From assembly GCF_006345805.1 (NCBI RefSeq), contig NC_043023.1, forward strand, positions 17,484,001 through 17,548,000: a stretch of DNA of 64,000 nucleotides. The letters run 5' to 3'. The notes below the pieces were generated by a model, which saw only the letters and a list, made by a program, of their open reading frames with translations, searched no databases and had not been told where the DNA came from. Below are positions 25,055 to 38,129 of this stretch, in pieces (position 1 is the first letter of the stretch; each line of letters starts with the position of its first letter). The DNA is from Octopus sinensis (lineage: Eukaryota). Both the position numbers and the translations under genes were made by a program.

Positions 25055-25292
25055 TATCTCTTTATTACGATTATAGAAAATCAATACATAGAAGGGACGA
25101 ATACAGGACATACATACAAAAACATTTAAGAGATTCGATTAAAAGATTCGTTTGGATTCGTTATAAAGTAATAGTTTTTGCATAACTAGTATGACAAACA
25201 CTTGTAGATGACCTTTGTGGTTTTACTGGAGCTTTTACACCCCGGCAATTGATGAGGCCCTGCAGCTTCCACTTCCTCTTTCTCCTCCATGG

Positions 25293-28200
25293 TCAAGCTG
25301 GGTTCTCACACCCACCTTTCTTTCCACTTCTTCCATCTTTTCTCATACACTCCCCGCGGCAAGGTCCTCCTCTCCAGTCCCATCTTGCTCTCTCAGATGA
25401 TATCTGAAGTAGGTGAGCAAGCCGGGCCCGGGAGGAGATAAAGGACCCTGTCGCGGCTCCTTCCATTCTCGTTCTCCACATGCATTCCTTTACCACTGCA
25501 ACCGTGCAGTGAAAACATGCCTCACCTTCCTTCGAGAGTCCAGTTGGCGGTATCATCTTAATCATAGACTCAGCCGACAGCTGTACTCGTCCCAGATGCG
25601 ATAACACGTGTTCTGCGTAACTTATCAAGTCGTTCAACTTCCGACAGTGAACAAAAGCGTGCTGAACGGTTTCATCGTCCAACCCGCATCTTGGACATGT
25701 CGGTGGCACTGGAACTCCGTGCCGCGATAACTTCTCGCGAACAGGTAAAGCATTCCTGTAGCACTGCCAGGCCAGGGATCTTTGGAAATTATCCAAATAC
25801 CCCGACCTGAACGTTTTCTTAAACAAATTGGCAAGCTGGTCTTCATCAAACCCCAGAGCCCCTCCTAGGACGTCATCGTTTTTACCTTCTACCAGCCCTC
25901 TATAAAATACCGAGGTGGTATTTCCGCAGCCGGCCTTGCCCGTCTTGTGGATCAGCGTGAGTGCCTGTCGGCACTCCTTTTGCCATAGAGTCAGATTCCA
26001 TCTTCTGATGTAACCGGGTTTAAAATTAACTAAGGAGGCCGGTCTCGGGAAAAATCCCTCTGCCAGCGGACTCCACACCTTATCACCTTCCAGGTGGTGC
26101 CAGAGATGTCTTAGTCTCAACGCATGTCTGCGCATCATCAACCAAGGCATCCCTAACCCACCCTTTAACGGTTCTTGACAGCACACGGAGCGTCTCACAA
26201 GTGGCCTCCTCCTTTCCACAAAAAGCGAAAGAGGACTCGTTCCAACTTGTTAAGCCATGAGTCGGGGCAAGGGACGACGGTCAGGCGATAGGTGATTACA
26301 GATGCAATAAACATCTGCACCACCTCCGCCCTTCCTTTCAAGGACAGAGACCTTCCGGACCAGGTCCGTACTATGGCCTCCACCTTGCCCGTCACCTCGC
26401 TCCAGTTCTTCTCCGTTTGGGAGTCCGGTCCAAACCAAACTCCCAGCAACTTAACAGGGCCATCCGTCCAGTGTCCCACAACACTGGACGATATCGGCTT
26501 GTTCCTCCAGGTGCCGAGGCGCAAGCCGACCGATTTGTCCCTGTTAACCTTTGCTCCTGCCACCGCCTCGTATCCTCTGATAGCCTCCTCTACACAAGGT
26601 AGTTGGGCCTCTTTGGACACGATGAGGGTGATGTCATCCGCATAGGCAGTGACCGACCTCCCACCTCCGATTTCATCTGAGTTGCTCCCCAGCCTTTCCA
26701 ACCTTCGCAGTAGTGGCTCAAGAGCCAATACGTACAAAAGTGGTGACAAGGGGCACCCCTGACGCACTGAACACTTGATCGAAAACGGTTCCGTTAGGTA
26801 ACCGTTTATCTGGACGGTGGACTTGATGCCGCTGTACATAGCGGAGATCCACCCGCGGAATTCGGGACCCAGTCCGGTCGCTTCGAGGACCGTCGCCAGG
26901 TACCCATGGTCTACCCTATCGAAGGCTTTACTTTGGTCCAAGTGGACCGTTACCCCGCCTTTGCCGGTTACTTTACCCACCCTATCTAGGGTGTAGCGTA
27001 TAAGGTGAGGTTGTCCTGGATCGACCTGCCTGGAATTGCACATGTCTGTGCTCTCCCTACAAGTTTCTCCACGACAACCGTCAACCTTTTTGCTAACACC
27101 TTGGCCAAAATCTTTAACTCTACATTAAGTAGAGTTATGGGCCTGTAGTTACTAATTATATCCCCCTTGCTCGGGTCTTTCTGGATTAGCGTCACCACTC
27201 CCCGGCTTACAGAACTGGGAATTCTCCCATTCTGCTGCCAGTTCGTGTAGACGCCTGCCAGTATTCCCCCGAACAAGTCCGGCATACTTTGGTAAAACTC
27301 GTAGGGCAGACCATCCAGCCCCGGCGACTTCTCCCCGCCGCACCCGGCCAGCACTTCCCTTATTTCCGCGGGAGTGATCGCTCCCTCACAGCACTCCGCC
27401 TCACGCCCCGCGAGCCGCGGCCCGCCGGCCAGGAAGTCCCTTAAGGCACTCCCCCGCTCCAGCGGGCCACCACCCCCGAACACGCGCGCGAAATGCTGGT
27501 GAAGAAACTTTTGCATCTCCTCCTGTCCATAGATCTTTTGTCCCTGTTCGTCAGTCAAAGATTTTATTGAGGCTCTGTTGCCTCTCTTACTCTCCACACG
27601 ACGGGCCCATCCGGCCACGTTAACACCTTCTCGTTTCCCGGCGCGCAGCTTAGCTCTGACTCTGCAACCTTCGTGTTTGGAGTTAAGGTGACGGTACAAT
27701 ACCGTCCTTGCCGCCAGTACTCCGGATGCAGAGCCAGCTTCCATTGCCTCGTCTAGATTCTTAACTAAATCGCCCTCTAGACTAGCCCTATCTATCCTTA
27801 GCTGATTGCTAAATCTAACGGACTCTAAACGAATGGCTCTTTTGAGGGCGTGCCACCATCTGTTGTTGATAATGGTGCCGCACAATGCCCTCTGAACTAA
27901 CTCCTTAATCCGGGTACGGAAGTCTTCACAATTCAAAATAGCCTTGTTCAGCTTCCAGTACCCGGGTCCCTGTCTATGACACTTGTCTAATTGCACCTCA
28001 CACGTCACAAACTTGTGATCCGAGTAAGGTACAATATGAAATTGTGGACAACTAAACGTATCCTTATCTCTTTTCTTAATAAATATCCTATCTAGATACG
28101 ATCTGTGTGAGCCGTCGTTATTACTCCACGTCCACTGTGGAACGCTCGGCTCATCCAGTCGGTAACGGTCCACTAGGTTAAAGCTCTCTAGCAGGCCCCT

Positions 28201-28683
28201 GAGGCTAGGGTCCCCCTTCCTATTGGTTGAGCCAGCACTGTCGATGTGCGCTTCAAGGACAGTGTTAAAGTCCCCTACTAGGATTACTGTTTTCGACGTC
28301 GCCAGAAAGGGCTCCAGGTTCCGAAAAAAGCCCGTCTGTCTACCCTCGTTCGGGGCGTAGACAGCTACCAACCTGAAGGACTGTTTACTTGCGTGAGTCA
28401 CATCCAGGACAACCAGTCTGCCTTCTGGGTCCAGAAAGACAGTACTTACCTGCAGGTCCAAGCTCTTCCTGATGAAGACTGCCACGCCTCTTCCTCTTCC
28501 TCGGCTAGGAGAAATAAATTTCTCGAAACCATTTAGGAGAGGTGAGAACGCTTGGGTCTCGCTCATCTTGGACTCGGTTACGATAGCAACATCTATACCG
28601 TGTGTCGTGAGGTCGTTCAGGAAACAAATTTGTTTCCGTTTCGACCCCATTCCACGTATGTTTATACAGCCCAGCTTAGCCAT
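25293..28683 (-). pseudogene. Tx1 ORF2 copy 1 (AP endonuclease, reverse transcriptase, C-terminal CCHC), frameshifted as sequenced
   Basis: CINIRG, GDFN, RSYLDRIF, YSDH (EN); PGLDGLP, NYRPITLLN, LDQSKAFDRVDH, VRQGCPLSPLLY, YADD (RT); CPRCGLDDETVQHAFVHC. Frameshifts at ~27007, ~26203 and ~25430 are intact in copy 2. Confidence 0.92.
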
Positions 28684-29078
28684 TGTGGGCGAAGGAGGAA
28701 AATAATTATACTCACGGTTGTGAAAGGGAGCACGGCGGTCTGATTTTGCCTGCTTCCCTTTCTTCCTCTACTGCAGGGCCTTTGACCGGCGTTGCCACTG
28801 GGCTCTGGGTTGGTGTGGTTGCCGGGGTTATTGTTAGTTTGCCCTCTATTACTTCCTTGGTTACATCTCTTATTAGGCGGTTCCTCAGGTGTTCCTGAAG
28901 AACCTCCTCCTTCCATTCGTTCTCGCCTATCTTCGCGAAGCGCGCAATTGCTTTTCCATCTGAGGTTCTGCTGTACAGCATAAACCTCGACAGTTTGCAG
29001 CATTTGTAAACTTTTTCGTTTTTTTCATCAAACGCTATTATTTTTCATTTTTCAATAAACATTTTTTAGAATCTTGTT

Positions 29079-30134
29079 TTATGGGGAGGGGCTTGGCAAA
29101 CTGTTTTCCAATGAAAACAGTGCCATGGGGGTAGGGTTGGGAAATTTGCTTAATGTGTGTGTCTGCTGTGTTAGTTGTTTTTTTCCTTGTTTGGGGAGGG
29201 GAGTCCAGGGTATTCTCTTTTTTCTTTTGTGCGTGACTTGAGTGTATTCCATCAGTTCTATTTGGTCTATTTTCGCTTCCGTACTTGTCTTGGTCGTTTG
29301 TTGTTTTTCTTTTTTTTCCTCCCCTTTCGCGTTGGGTACACTTGGAGGAGGCGCTTCTTCTGTACTTTTTTTCCTGGTACAATTGGAACGGACGTGACCC
29401 TTTTCTCCACACTTGAAGCATCTAGGTCTTCGTCCCTCCACCGAAACTCTCATGGACGTACCATCTTCATTAAAAATCCTGTCAGGCAGGCTCTCCAAAA
29501 TCTTGTTCTCTGCCTGTACTAGGAGTTCCAGAGTCTGGCCCCTCCATCGCACCGCCTCCTTCCTTCTCATTTGCAGTATGGATATTTCGCGTTCCACATT
29601 ATGCAAGACCGCCGCTGCTACCCACATGGTGTCGTACCCTCTGGGTATGTCTTCAACTGTTACCTTTGCGGTTCGCTTCCCCATGTACGAGGGTAGCAGC
29701 ATGATGTCGTCGTTTTTAAGGGTCAACGACGACACCTCTTTCGCCACCTCTGCCGTGTCAAAGTGTGCTTCGATCGTGGCACTTCGTGCACCTCTCACTA
29801 TATGGCGGATTTTGTCCCACACCGGGACCAAGCATTTCTCAACGATTTCATTTTTGACTTCCATGATCTTTTTTTCTTTAAAGTTGTACACTTTATACAT
29901 TACAATCCTTTCCTTGATCTCTTGAACTTTCGCTTGTGGCGGCACAAGCCTTATCTCTCCTCCTTCTACTTTTACCAAGTTCCTATATTCGTACAGTTGT
30001 TCAATTTTGAATTCTATTTCCAACATGGCGCCGCCCACCGCGGCCGAGAATGACTGCCTGGGTACTTGCTTTTCCTCTTTTTCACCTTTTCCCATCACGG
30101 GAAAGTCTTCCTTCGACGTCAGGTCGAACTCCAT
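29079..30134 (-). CDS. Tx1 ORF1 (gag-like nucleic-acid-binding protein) copy 1
   Basis: 351-aa ORF with RPRCFKCGEKGHVRSNC zinc knuckle; the true C-terminus may extend to ~28712. Confidence 0.85.
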   Translation of the reverse strand: MEFDLTSKEDFPVMGKGEKEEKQVPRQSFSAAVGGAMLEIEFKIEQLYEYRNLVKVEGGEIRLVPPQAKVQEIKERIVMYKVYNFKEKKIMEVKNEIVEKCLVPVWDKIRHIVRGARSATIEAHFDTAEVAKEVSSLTLKNDDIMLLPSYMGKRTAKVTVEDIPRGYDTMWVAAAVLHNVEREISILQMRRKEAVRWRGQTLELLVQAENKILESLPDRIFNEDGTSMRVSVEGRRPRCFKCGEKGHVRSNCTRKKSTEEAPPPSVPNAKGEEKKEKQQTTKTSTEAKIDQIELMEYTQVTHKRKKRIPWTPLPKQGKKQLTQQTHTLSKFPNPTPMALFSLENSLPSPSP

Positions 30135-30346
30135 CTCTGAAAGTTACCTTTAAGGTAACAAGATATGGTTAGTACAAAATTTTCTGCCCCGTAGGGCGAA
30201 AATTATCGTTTTACAACGGGTACTGTTCAGAACAGTTTACACAGACAATGATATTACAACTTCGAATTCTCTTAAATAGCAGCAGCAATTTCTCACAACG
30301 CAAAACGCAAACAAGAAGCAGCGATATGACTATCAGATTAATGACT

Positions 30347-33300
30347 TATCTCTTTATTACGATTATAGAAAATCAATACATAGAAGGGACGAATACAGGA
30401 CATACATACAAAAACATTTAAGAGATTCGATTAAAAGATTCGTTTGGATTCGTTATAAAGTAATAGTTTTTGCATAACTAGTATGACAAACACTTGTAGA
30501 TGACCTTTGTGGTTTTACTGGAGCTTTTACACCCCGGCAATTGTTGAGGCCCTGCAGCTTCCACTTCCTCTTTCTCCTCCATGGTCAAGCTGGGTTTCTC
30601 ACACCCACCTTTCTTTCCACTTCTTTCCATCTTTTCTCATACACTCCCCGCGGCAAGGTCCTCCTCTCCAGTCCCATCTTGCTCCTCAGATGATATCTGA
30701 AGTAGGTGAGCAAGCCGGGCCCGGAGATAAAGGACCCTGTCGCGGCTCCTTCCATTCTCGTTCTCCACATGCATTCCTTTACCACTGCAACCGTGCAGTG
30801 AAAACATGCCTCACCTTCCTTCGAGAGTCCAGTTGGCGGTATCATCTTAATCATAGATTCAGCCGACAGCTGTACTCGTCCCAGATGCGATAACACGTGT
30901 TCTGCGTAACTTATCAAGTCGTTCAACTTCCGACAGTGAACAACAGCGTGTTGAACGGTTTCATCGTCCAACCCGCATCTTGGACATGTCGGTGGCACTG
31001 GAACTCCGTGCCGCGATAACTTCTCGCGAACAGGTAAAGCATTCCTGTAGCACTGCCAGGTCAGGGATCTTTGGAAATTATCCAAATACCCCGACCTGAA
31101 CGTTTTCTTAAACAAATTGGCAAGCTGGTCTTCATCAAACCCCAGAGCCCCTCCTAGGACGTCATCGTTTTTACCTTCTACCAGCCCTCTATAAAATACC
31201 GAGGTGGTATTTCCGCAGCCGGCCTTGCCCGTCTTGTGGATCAGCGTGAGTGCCTGTCGGCACTCCTTTTGCCATAGAGTCAGATTCCATCTTCTGATGT
31301 AACCGGGTTTAAAATTAACTAAGGAGGCCGGTCTCGGGAAAAATCCCTCTGCCAGCGGACTCCACACCTTATCACCTTCCAGGTGGTGCCAGAGATGTCT
31401 TAGTCTCAACGCATGTCTGCGCATCATCAACCAAGGCATCCCTAACCCACCCTTTAACGGTTCTTGACAGCACACGGAGCGTCTCACAAGAGGCCTTCCT
31501 CCTTTCCACAAAAAGCGAAAGAGGACTCGTTCCAACTTGTTAAGCCATGAGTTGGGGCAAGGGACGACGGTCAGGCGATAGGTGATTACAGATGCAATAA
31601 ACATCTGCACCACCTCCGCCCTTCCTTTCAAGGACAGAGACCTTCCGGACCAGGTCCGTACTATGGCCTCCACCTTGCCCGTCACCTCGCTCCAGTTCTT
31701 CTCCGTTTGGGAGTCCGGTCCAAACCAAACTCCCAGCAACTTAACAGGGCCATCCGTCCAGTGTCCACAACACTGGACGATATCGGCTTGTTCCTCCAGG
31801 TGCCGAGGCGCAAGCCGACCGATTTGTCCCTGTTAACCTTTGCTCCTGCCACCGCCTCGTATCCTCTGATAGCTCCTCTACACAAGGTAGTTGGGCCTCT
31901 TTGGACACGATGAGGGTGATGTCATCCGCATAGGCAGTGACCGACCTCCCACCTCCGATTTCATCTGAGTTGCTCCCCAGCCTTTCCAACCTTCGCAGTA
32001 GTGGCTCAAGAGCCAATACGTACAAAAGTGGTGACAAGGGGCCCCTGACGCACTGAACACTTGATCGAAAACGGTTCCGTTAGGTAACCGTTTATCTGGA
32101 CGGTGGACTTGATGCCGCTGTACATAGCGGAGATCCACCCGCGGAATTCGGGACCCAGTCCGGTCGCTTCGAGGACCGTCGCCAGGTACCCATGGTCTAC
32201 CCTATCGAAGGCTTTACTTTGGTCCAAGTGGACCGTTACCCCGCCTTTGCCGGTTACTTTACCCACCCTATCTAGGGTGTAGCGTATAAGGTGAAGGTTG
32301 TCCTGGATCGACCTGCCTGGAATTGCACATGTCTGTGCTCTCCCTACAAGTTTCTCCACGACAACCGTCAACCTTTTTGCTAACACCTTGGCCAAAATCT
32401 TTAACTCTACATTAAGTAGAGTTATGGGCCTGTAGTTACTAATTATATCCCCCTTGCTCGGGTCTTTCTGGATTAGCGTCACCACTCCCCGGCTTACAGA
32501 ACTGGGAATTCTCCCATTCTGCTGCCAGTTCGTGTAGACGCCTGCCAGTATTCCCCCGAACAAGTCCGGCATACTTTGGTAAAACTCGTAGGGCAGACCA
32601 TCCAGCCCCGCGACTTCTCCCCGCCGCACCCGGCCAGCACTTCCTTATTTCCGCGGGAGTGATCGCTCCCTCACAGCACTCCGCCTCACGCCCCGCGAGC
32701 CGCGGCCCGCCGGCCAGGAAGTCCCTTAAGGCACTCCCCGCTCCAGCGGGCCACCACCCCCGAACACGCGCGGCGAAATGCTGGTGAAGAAACTTTTGCA
32801 TCTCCTCCTGTCCATAGATCTTTTGTCCCTGTTCGTCAGTCAAAGATTTTATTGAGGCTCTGTTGCCTCTCTTACTCTCCACACGACGGGCCCATCCGGC
32901 CACGTTAACACCTTCTCGTTTCCCGCGCGCAGCTTAGCTCTGACTCTGCAACCTTCGTGTTTGGAGTTAAGGTGACGGTACAATACCGTCCTTGCCGCCA
33001 GTACTCCGGATGCAGAGCCAGCTTCCATTGCCTCGTCTAGATTCTTAACTAAATCGCCCTCTAGACTAGCCCTATCTATCCTTAGCTGATTGCTAAATCT
33101 AACGGACTCTAAACGAATGGCTCTTTTGAGGCGTGCCACCATCTATTGTTAATGATGGTGCCGCACAATGCCCTCTGAACTAACTCCTTAATCCGGGTAC
33201 GGAAGTCTTCACAATTCAAAATAGCCTTGTTCAGCTTCCAGTACCCGGGTCCCTGTCTATGACACTTGTCTAATTGCACCTCACACGTCACAAACTTGTG

Positions 33301-35610
33301 ATCCGTGTAAGGTACAATATGAATTGTGGACAACTAAACGTATCCTTATCTCTTTTCTTAATAAATATCCTATCTAGATACGATCTGTGTGAGCCGTCGT
33401 TGTTACTCCACGTCCACTGTGGAACGCTCGGCTCATCCAGTCGGTAACGGTCTACTAGATCAAAGCTCTCTAGTAGTCCCTTGAGGCTAGGGTCTCCCTT
33501 CCTATTGGTTGAGCCAACACTGTCGATGTGCGCTTCAAGGACAGTGTTAAAGTCCCCTACTAGGATTACTGTTTTCGACGTCGCCAGAAAGGGCTCCAGG
33601 TTCCGAAAAAAGCCCGTCTGTCTACCCTCGTTCGGGGCGTAGACAGCTACCAACCTGAAGGACTGTTTACTTGCGTGAGTCACATCCAGGACAACCAGTC
33701 TGCCTTCTGGGTCCAGAAAGACAGTACTTACCTGCAGGTCCAAGCTCTTCCTGATGAAGACTGCCACGCCTCTTCCTCTTCCTCGGCTAGGAGAAATAAA
33801 TTTCTCGAAACCATTTAGAAGAGGTGAGAACGCTTGGGTCTCGCTCATCTTGGACTCGGTTACGATAGCAACATCTATACCGTGTGTCGTGAGGTCGTTC
33901 AGGAAACAAATTTGTTTCCGTTTCGACCCCATTCCACGTATGTTTATACAGCCCAGCTTGGCCATTGTGGGCGAAGGAGGAAAATAAATATACTCACGGT
34001 TGTGAAAGGGAGCACGGCGGTCTGATTTTGCCTGCTTCCCTTTCTTCCTCTACTGCAGGGCCTTTGACCGGCGTTGCCACTGGGCTCTGGGTTGGTGTGG
34101 TTGCCGGGGTTATTGTTAGTTTGCCCTCTATTACTTCCTTGGTTAATCTCTTATTAGGCGGTTCCTCAGGTGTTCCTGAAGAACCTCCTCCTTCCATTCG
34201 TTCTCGCCTACCTTCGCGAAGCGCGCAATTGCTTTTCCATCTGAGGTTCTGCTGTACAGCATAAACCTCGACAGTTTGCAGCATTTGTAAACTTTTTCGT
34301 TTTTTCATCAAACGCTATTATTTTTTCATTTTTCAATAAACATTTTTTAGAATCTTGTTTTATGGGGAGGGGCTTGGCAAACTGTTTTCCAATGAAAACA
34401 GTGCCATGGGGGTAGGGGTTGTTGGGGAATTTGCTTAATGTGTGTGTCTGCTGTGTTAGTTGTTTTTTTCCTTGTTTGGGGAGGGGAGTCCAGGGTATTC
34501 TCTTTTTTTCTTTTGTGCGTGACTTGAGTGTATTCCATCAGTTCTATTTGGTCTATTTTCGCTTCCGTACTTGTCTTGGTCGTTTGTTGTTTTTCTTTTT
34601 TTTCCTCCCCTTTCGCGTTGGGTACACTTGGAGGAGGCGCTTCTTCTGTACTTTTTTCCTGGTACAATTGGATCGGACGTGACCCTTTTTCTACACTTGA
34701 AGCATCTGGGTCTTCGTCCCTCCACCGAACTCTCATGGACGTACCATCTTCATTAAAAATCCTGTCAGGCAGGCTCTCCAAAATCTTGTTCTCTGCCTGT
34801 ACTAGGAGTTCCAGAGTCTGGCCCCTCCATCGCACCGCCTCCTTCCTTCTCATTTGCAGTATGGATATTTCGCGTTCCACATTATGCAAGACCGCCGCTG
34901 CTACCCACATGGTGTCGTACCCTCTGGGTATGTCTTCAACTATACCTTTGCGGTTCGCTTCCCATGTACGAGGGTAGCAGCATGATGTCGTCGTTTTTAA
35001 GGGTCAACGACGACACCTCTTTCGCCACCTCTGCCGTGTCAAAGTGTGCTTCGATCGTGGCACTTCGTGCACTCTCACTATATGGCGGATTTTGTCCCAC
35101 ACCGGGCCAAGCATTTCTCAACGATTTCATTTTTGACTTCCATGATCTTTTTTTCTTTAAAGTTGTACACTTTATAAATTACAATCCTTTCCTTGATCTC
35201 TTGAACTTTCGCTTGTGGCGGCACAAGCCTTATCTCTCCTCCTTCTACTTTTACCAAGTTCCTATATTCGTACAGTTGTTCAATTTTGAATTCTATTTCC
35301 AACATGGCGCCGCCCACCGCGGCCGAGAATGACTGCCTGGGTACTTGCTTTTCCTCTTTTTCACCTTTTCCCATCACGGGAAAGTCTTCCTTCGACGTCA
35401 GGTCGAACTCCATCTCTGAAAGTTACCTTTAAGGTAACAAGATATGGTTAGTACAAAATTTTCTGCCCCGTAGGGCGAAAATTATCGTTTTACAACGGGT
35501 ACTGTTCAGAACAGTTTACACAGACAATGATATTACAACTTCGAATTCTCTTAAATAGCAGCAGCAAATTTCTCACAACGCAAAACGCAAACAAGAAGCA
35601 GCAATATGAC
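30347..35610 (-). mobile_element. L1/Tx1-clade retrotransposon, full-length copy 2
   Basis: Collinear with copy 1 (ORF2 ~30585-33965, ORF1 ~34347-35413); many 1-bp indels and scattered substitutions. Confidence 0.92.
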
Positions 35611-35626
35611 TATCAGATTAATGACT

Positions 35627-37438
35627 TATCTCTTTATTACGATTATAGAAAATCAATACATAGAAGGGACGAATACAGGACATACATACAAAAACATTTA
35701 AGAGATTCGATTAAAAGATTCGTTTGGATTCGTTATAAAGTAATAGTTGCATAACTAGTATGACAAACACTTGTAGATGACCTTTGTGGTTTTACTGGAG
35801 CTTTTACACCCCGGCAATTGTTGAGGCCCTGCAGCTTCCACTTCCTCTTTCTCCTCCATGGTCAAGCTGGGTTTCTCACACCCACCTTCTTTCCACTTCT
35901 TTCCATCTTTTCTCATACACTCCCCGCGGCAAGGTCCTCCTCTCCAGTCCCATCTTGCTCCTCAGATGATATCTGAAGTAGGTGAGCAAGCCGGGCCCGG
36001 AGATAAAGGACCCTGTCGCGGCTCCTTCCATTCTCGTTCTCCACATGCATTCCTTACCACTGCAACCGTGCAGTGAAAACATGCCTCACCTTCCTTCGAG
36101 AGTCCAGTTGGCGGTATCATCTTAATCATAGACTCAGCCGACAGCTGTACTCGTCCCAGATGCGATAACACGTGTTCTGCGTAACTTATCAAGTCGTTCA
36201 ACTTCCGACAGTGAACGACAGCGTGTTGAACGGTTTCATCGTCCAACCGCATCTTGGACATGTCGGTGGCACTGGAACTCCGTGCCGCGATAACTTCTCG
36301 CGAACAGGTAAAGCATTCCTGTAGCACTGCCAGGTCAGGGATCTTGGAAATTATCCAAATACCCCGACCTGAACGTTTTCTTAAACACAATTGGCAAGCT
36401 GGTCTTCATTCAAACCCAGAGCCCCTCCTAGGACGTCATCGTTTTTACCTTCTACCAGCCCTCTATAAAATACGAGGTGGTATTTCCGCAGCCGGCCTTG
36501 CCCGTCTTGTGGATCAGCGTGAGTGCCTGTCGGCACTCCTTTTGCCATAGAGTCAGATTCCATCTTCTGATGTAACCGGGTTTAAAATTAACTAAGGAGG
36601 CTGGTCTCGGGAAAAATCCCTCTGCCAGCGGACTCCACACCTTATCACCTTCCAGGTGGTGCCAGAGATGTCTTAGTCTCAACGCATGTCTGCGCATCAT
36701 CAACCAAGGCATCCCTAACCCACCCTTTAACGGTTCTTGACAGCACACGGAGCGTCTCACAAGAGGCCTTCCTCCTTTCCACAAAAAGCGAAAGAGGACT
36801 CGTTCCAACTTGTTAAGCCATGAGTTGGGGCAAGGGACGACAGTCAGGCGATAGGTGATTACAGATGCAATAAACATCTGCACCACCTCCGCCCTTCCTT
36901 TCAAGGACAGAGACCTTCCGGACCAGGTCCGTACTATGGCCTCCACCTGCCCGTCACCTCGCTCCAGTTCTTCTCCGTTTGGGAGTCCGGTCCAAACCAA
37001 ACTCCCAGCACAACTTAACAGGGCCATCCGTCCAGTGTCCCACAACACTGGACGATATCGGCTTGTCCTCCAGGTGCCGAGGCGCAGCCGACCGATTTGT
37101 CCCTGTTAACCTTTGCTCCTGCCACCGCCTCGTATCCTCTGATAGCCTCCTCTACACAAGGTAGTTGGGCCTCTTTGGACACGATGAGGGTGATGTCATC
37201 CGCATAGGCAGTGACCGACCTCCCACCTCCGATTTCATCTGAGTTGCCCCAGCCTTTCCAACCTTCGCAGTAGTGGCTCAAGAGCCAATACGTACAAAAG
37301 TGGTGACAAGGGCGCACCCTGACGCACTGAACACTTGATCGAAAACGGTTCCGTTAGGTAACCGTTTATCTGGACGGTGGACTTGATGCCGCTGTACATA
37401 GCGGAGATCCACCCGCGGAATTCGGGACCCAGTCCGGT
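35627..37438 (-). mobile_element. L1/Tx1-clade retrotransposon, 5'-truncated copy 3
   Basis: Homology to the other copies stops inside RT at ...CCCAGTCCGGTC (37438), directly abutting the H3 upstream region. Confidence 0.9.
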
Positions 37439-37490
37439 CTTGGCGCTTAATTTTGTTAGTAGATAAAAAGTTTAGCCCGCCACTAATGTC

Positions 37491-37956
<466 letters not shown>

Positions 37957-37990
37957 ACTGAAAATGATGCAGCTAATACTTTAGCCCAAC

Positions 37991-38006
37991 GGCCCTTTTC
38001 AGGGCC
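37991..38006 (+). terminator. Histone 3' stem-loop of H3
   Basis: GGCCCTTTTCAGGGCC. Confidence 0.95.
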
Positions 38007-38129
38007 TCTAAATCTTTTCGTAAAGTTCTGCTAACCCTTAAGATGGTATGTTTTCGTGTTCTCGTCTCGTGAATTGTTTATTCGAAATGTCTTTGATACT
38101 TTGTTCTGAAGCTGTGCATTAGATATTTT

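Larger units (their letters stand above)
25055..30330 (-). mobile_element. L1/Tx1-clade non-LTR retrotransposon, full-length copy 1
   Basis: 5'UTR ~195 nt, ORF1 with CCHC knuckle, ORF2 APE-RT-zinc finger, 3'UTR ending AATAAAGAGATA. Confidence 0.92.

Noticed and set aside
25250-25270. CAGGGCC in the Tx1 3'UTR as a captured histone stem-loop
   Set aside because: Only the 3' arm matches; there is no complementary 5' arm.
25055-37438. Tx1 array as a pure assembly duplication
   Set aside because: Copies differ by substitutions and one is 5'-truncated, which fits real insertions. This is not fully excluded without reads.
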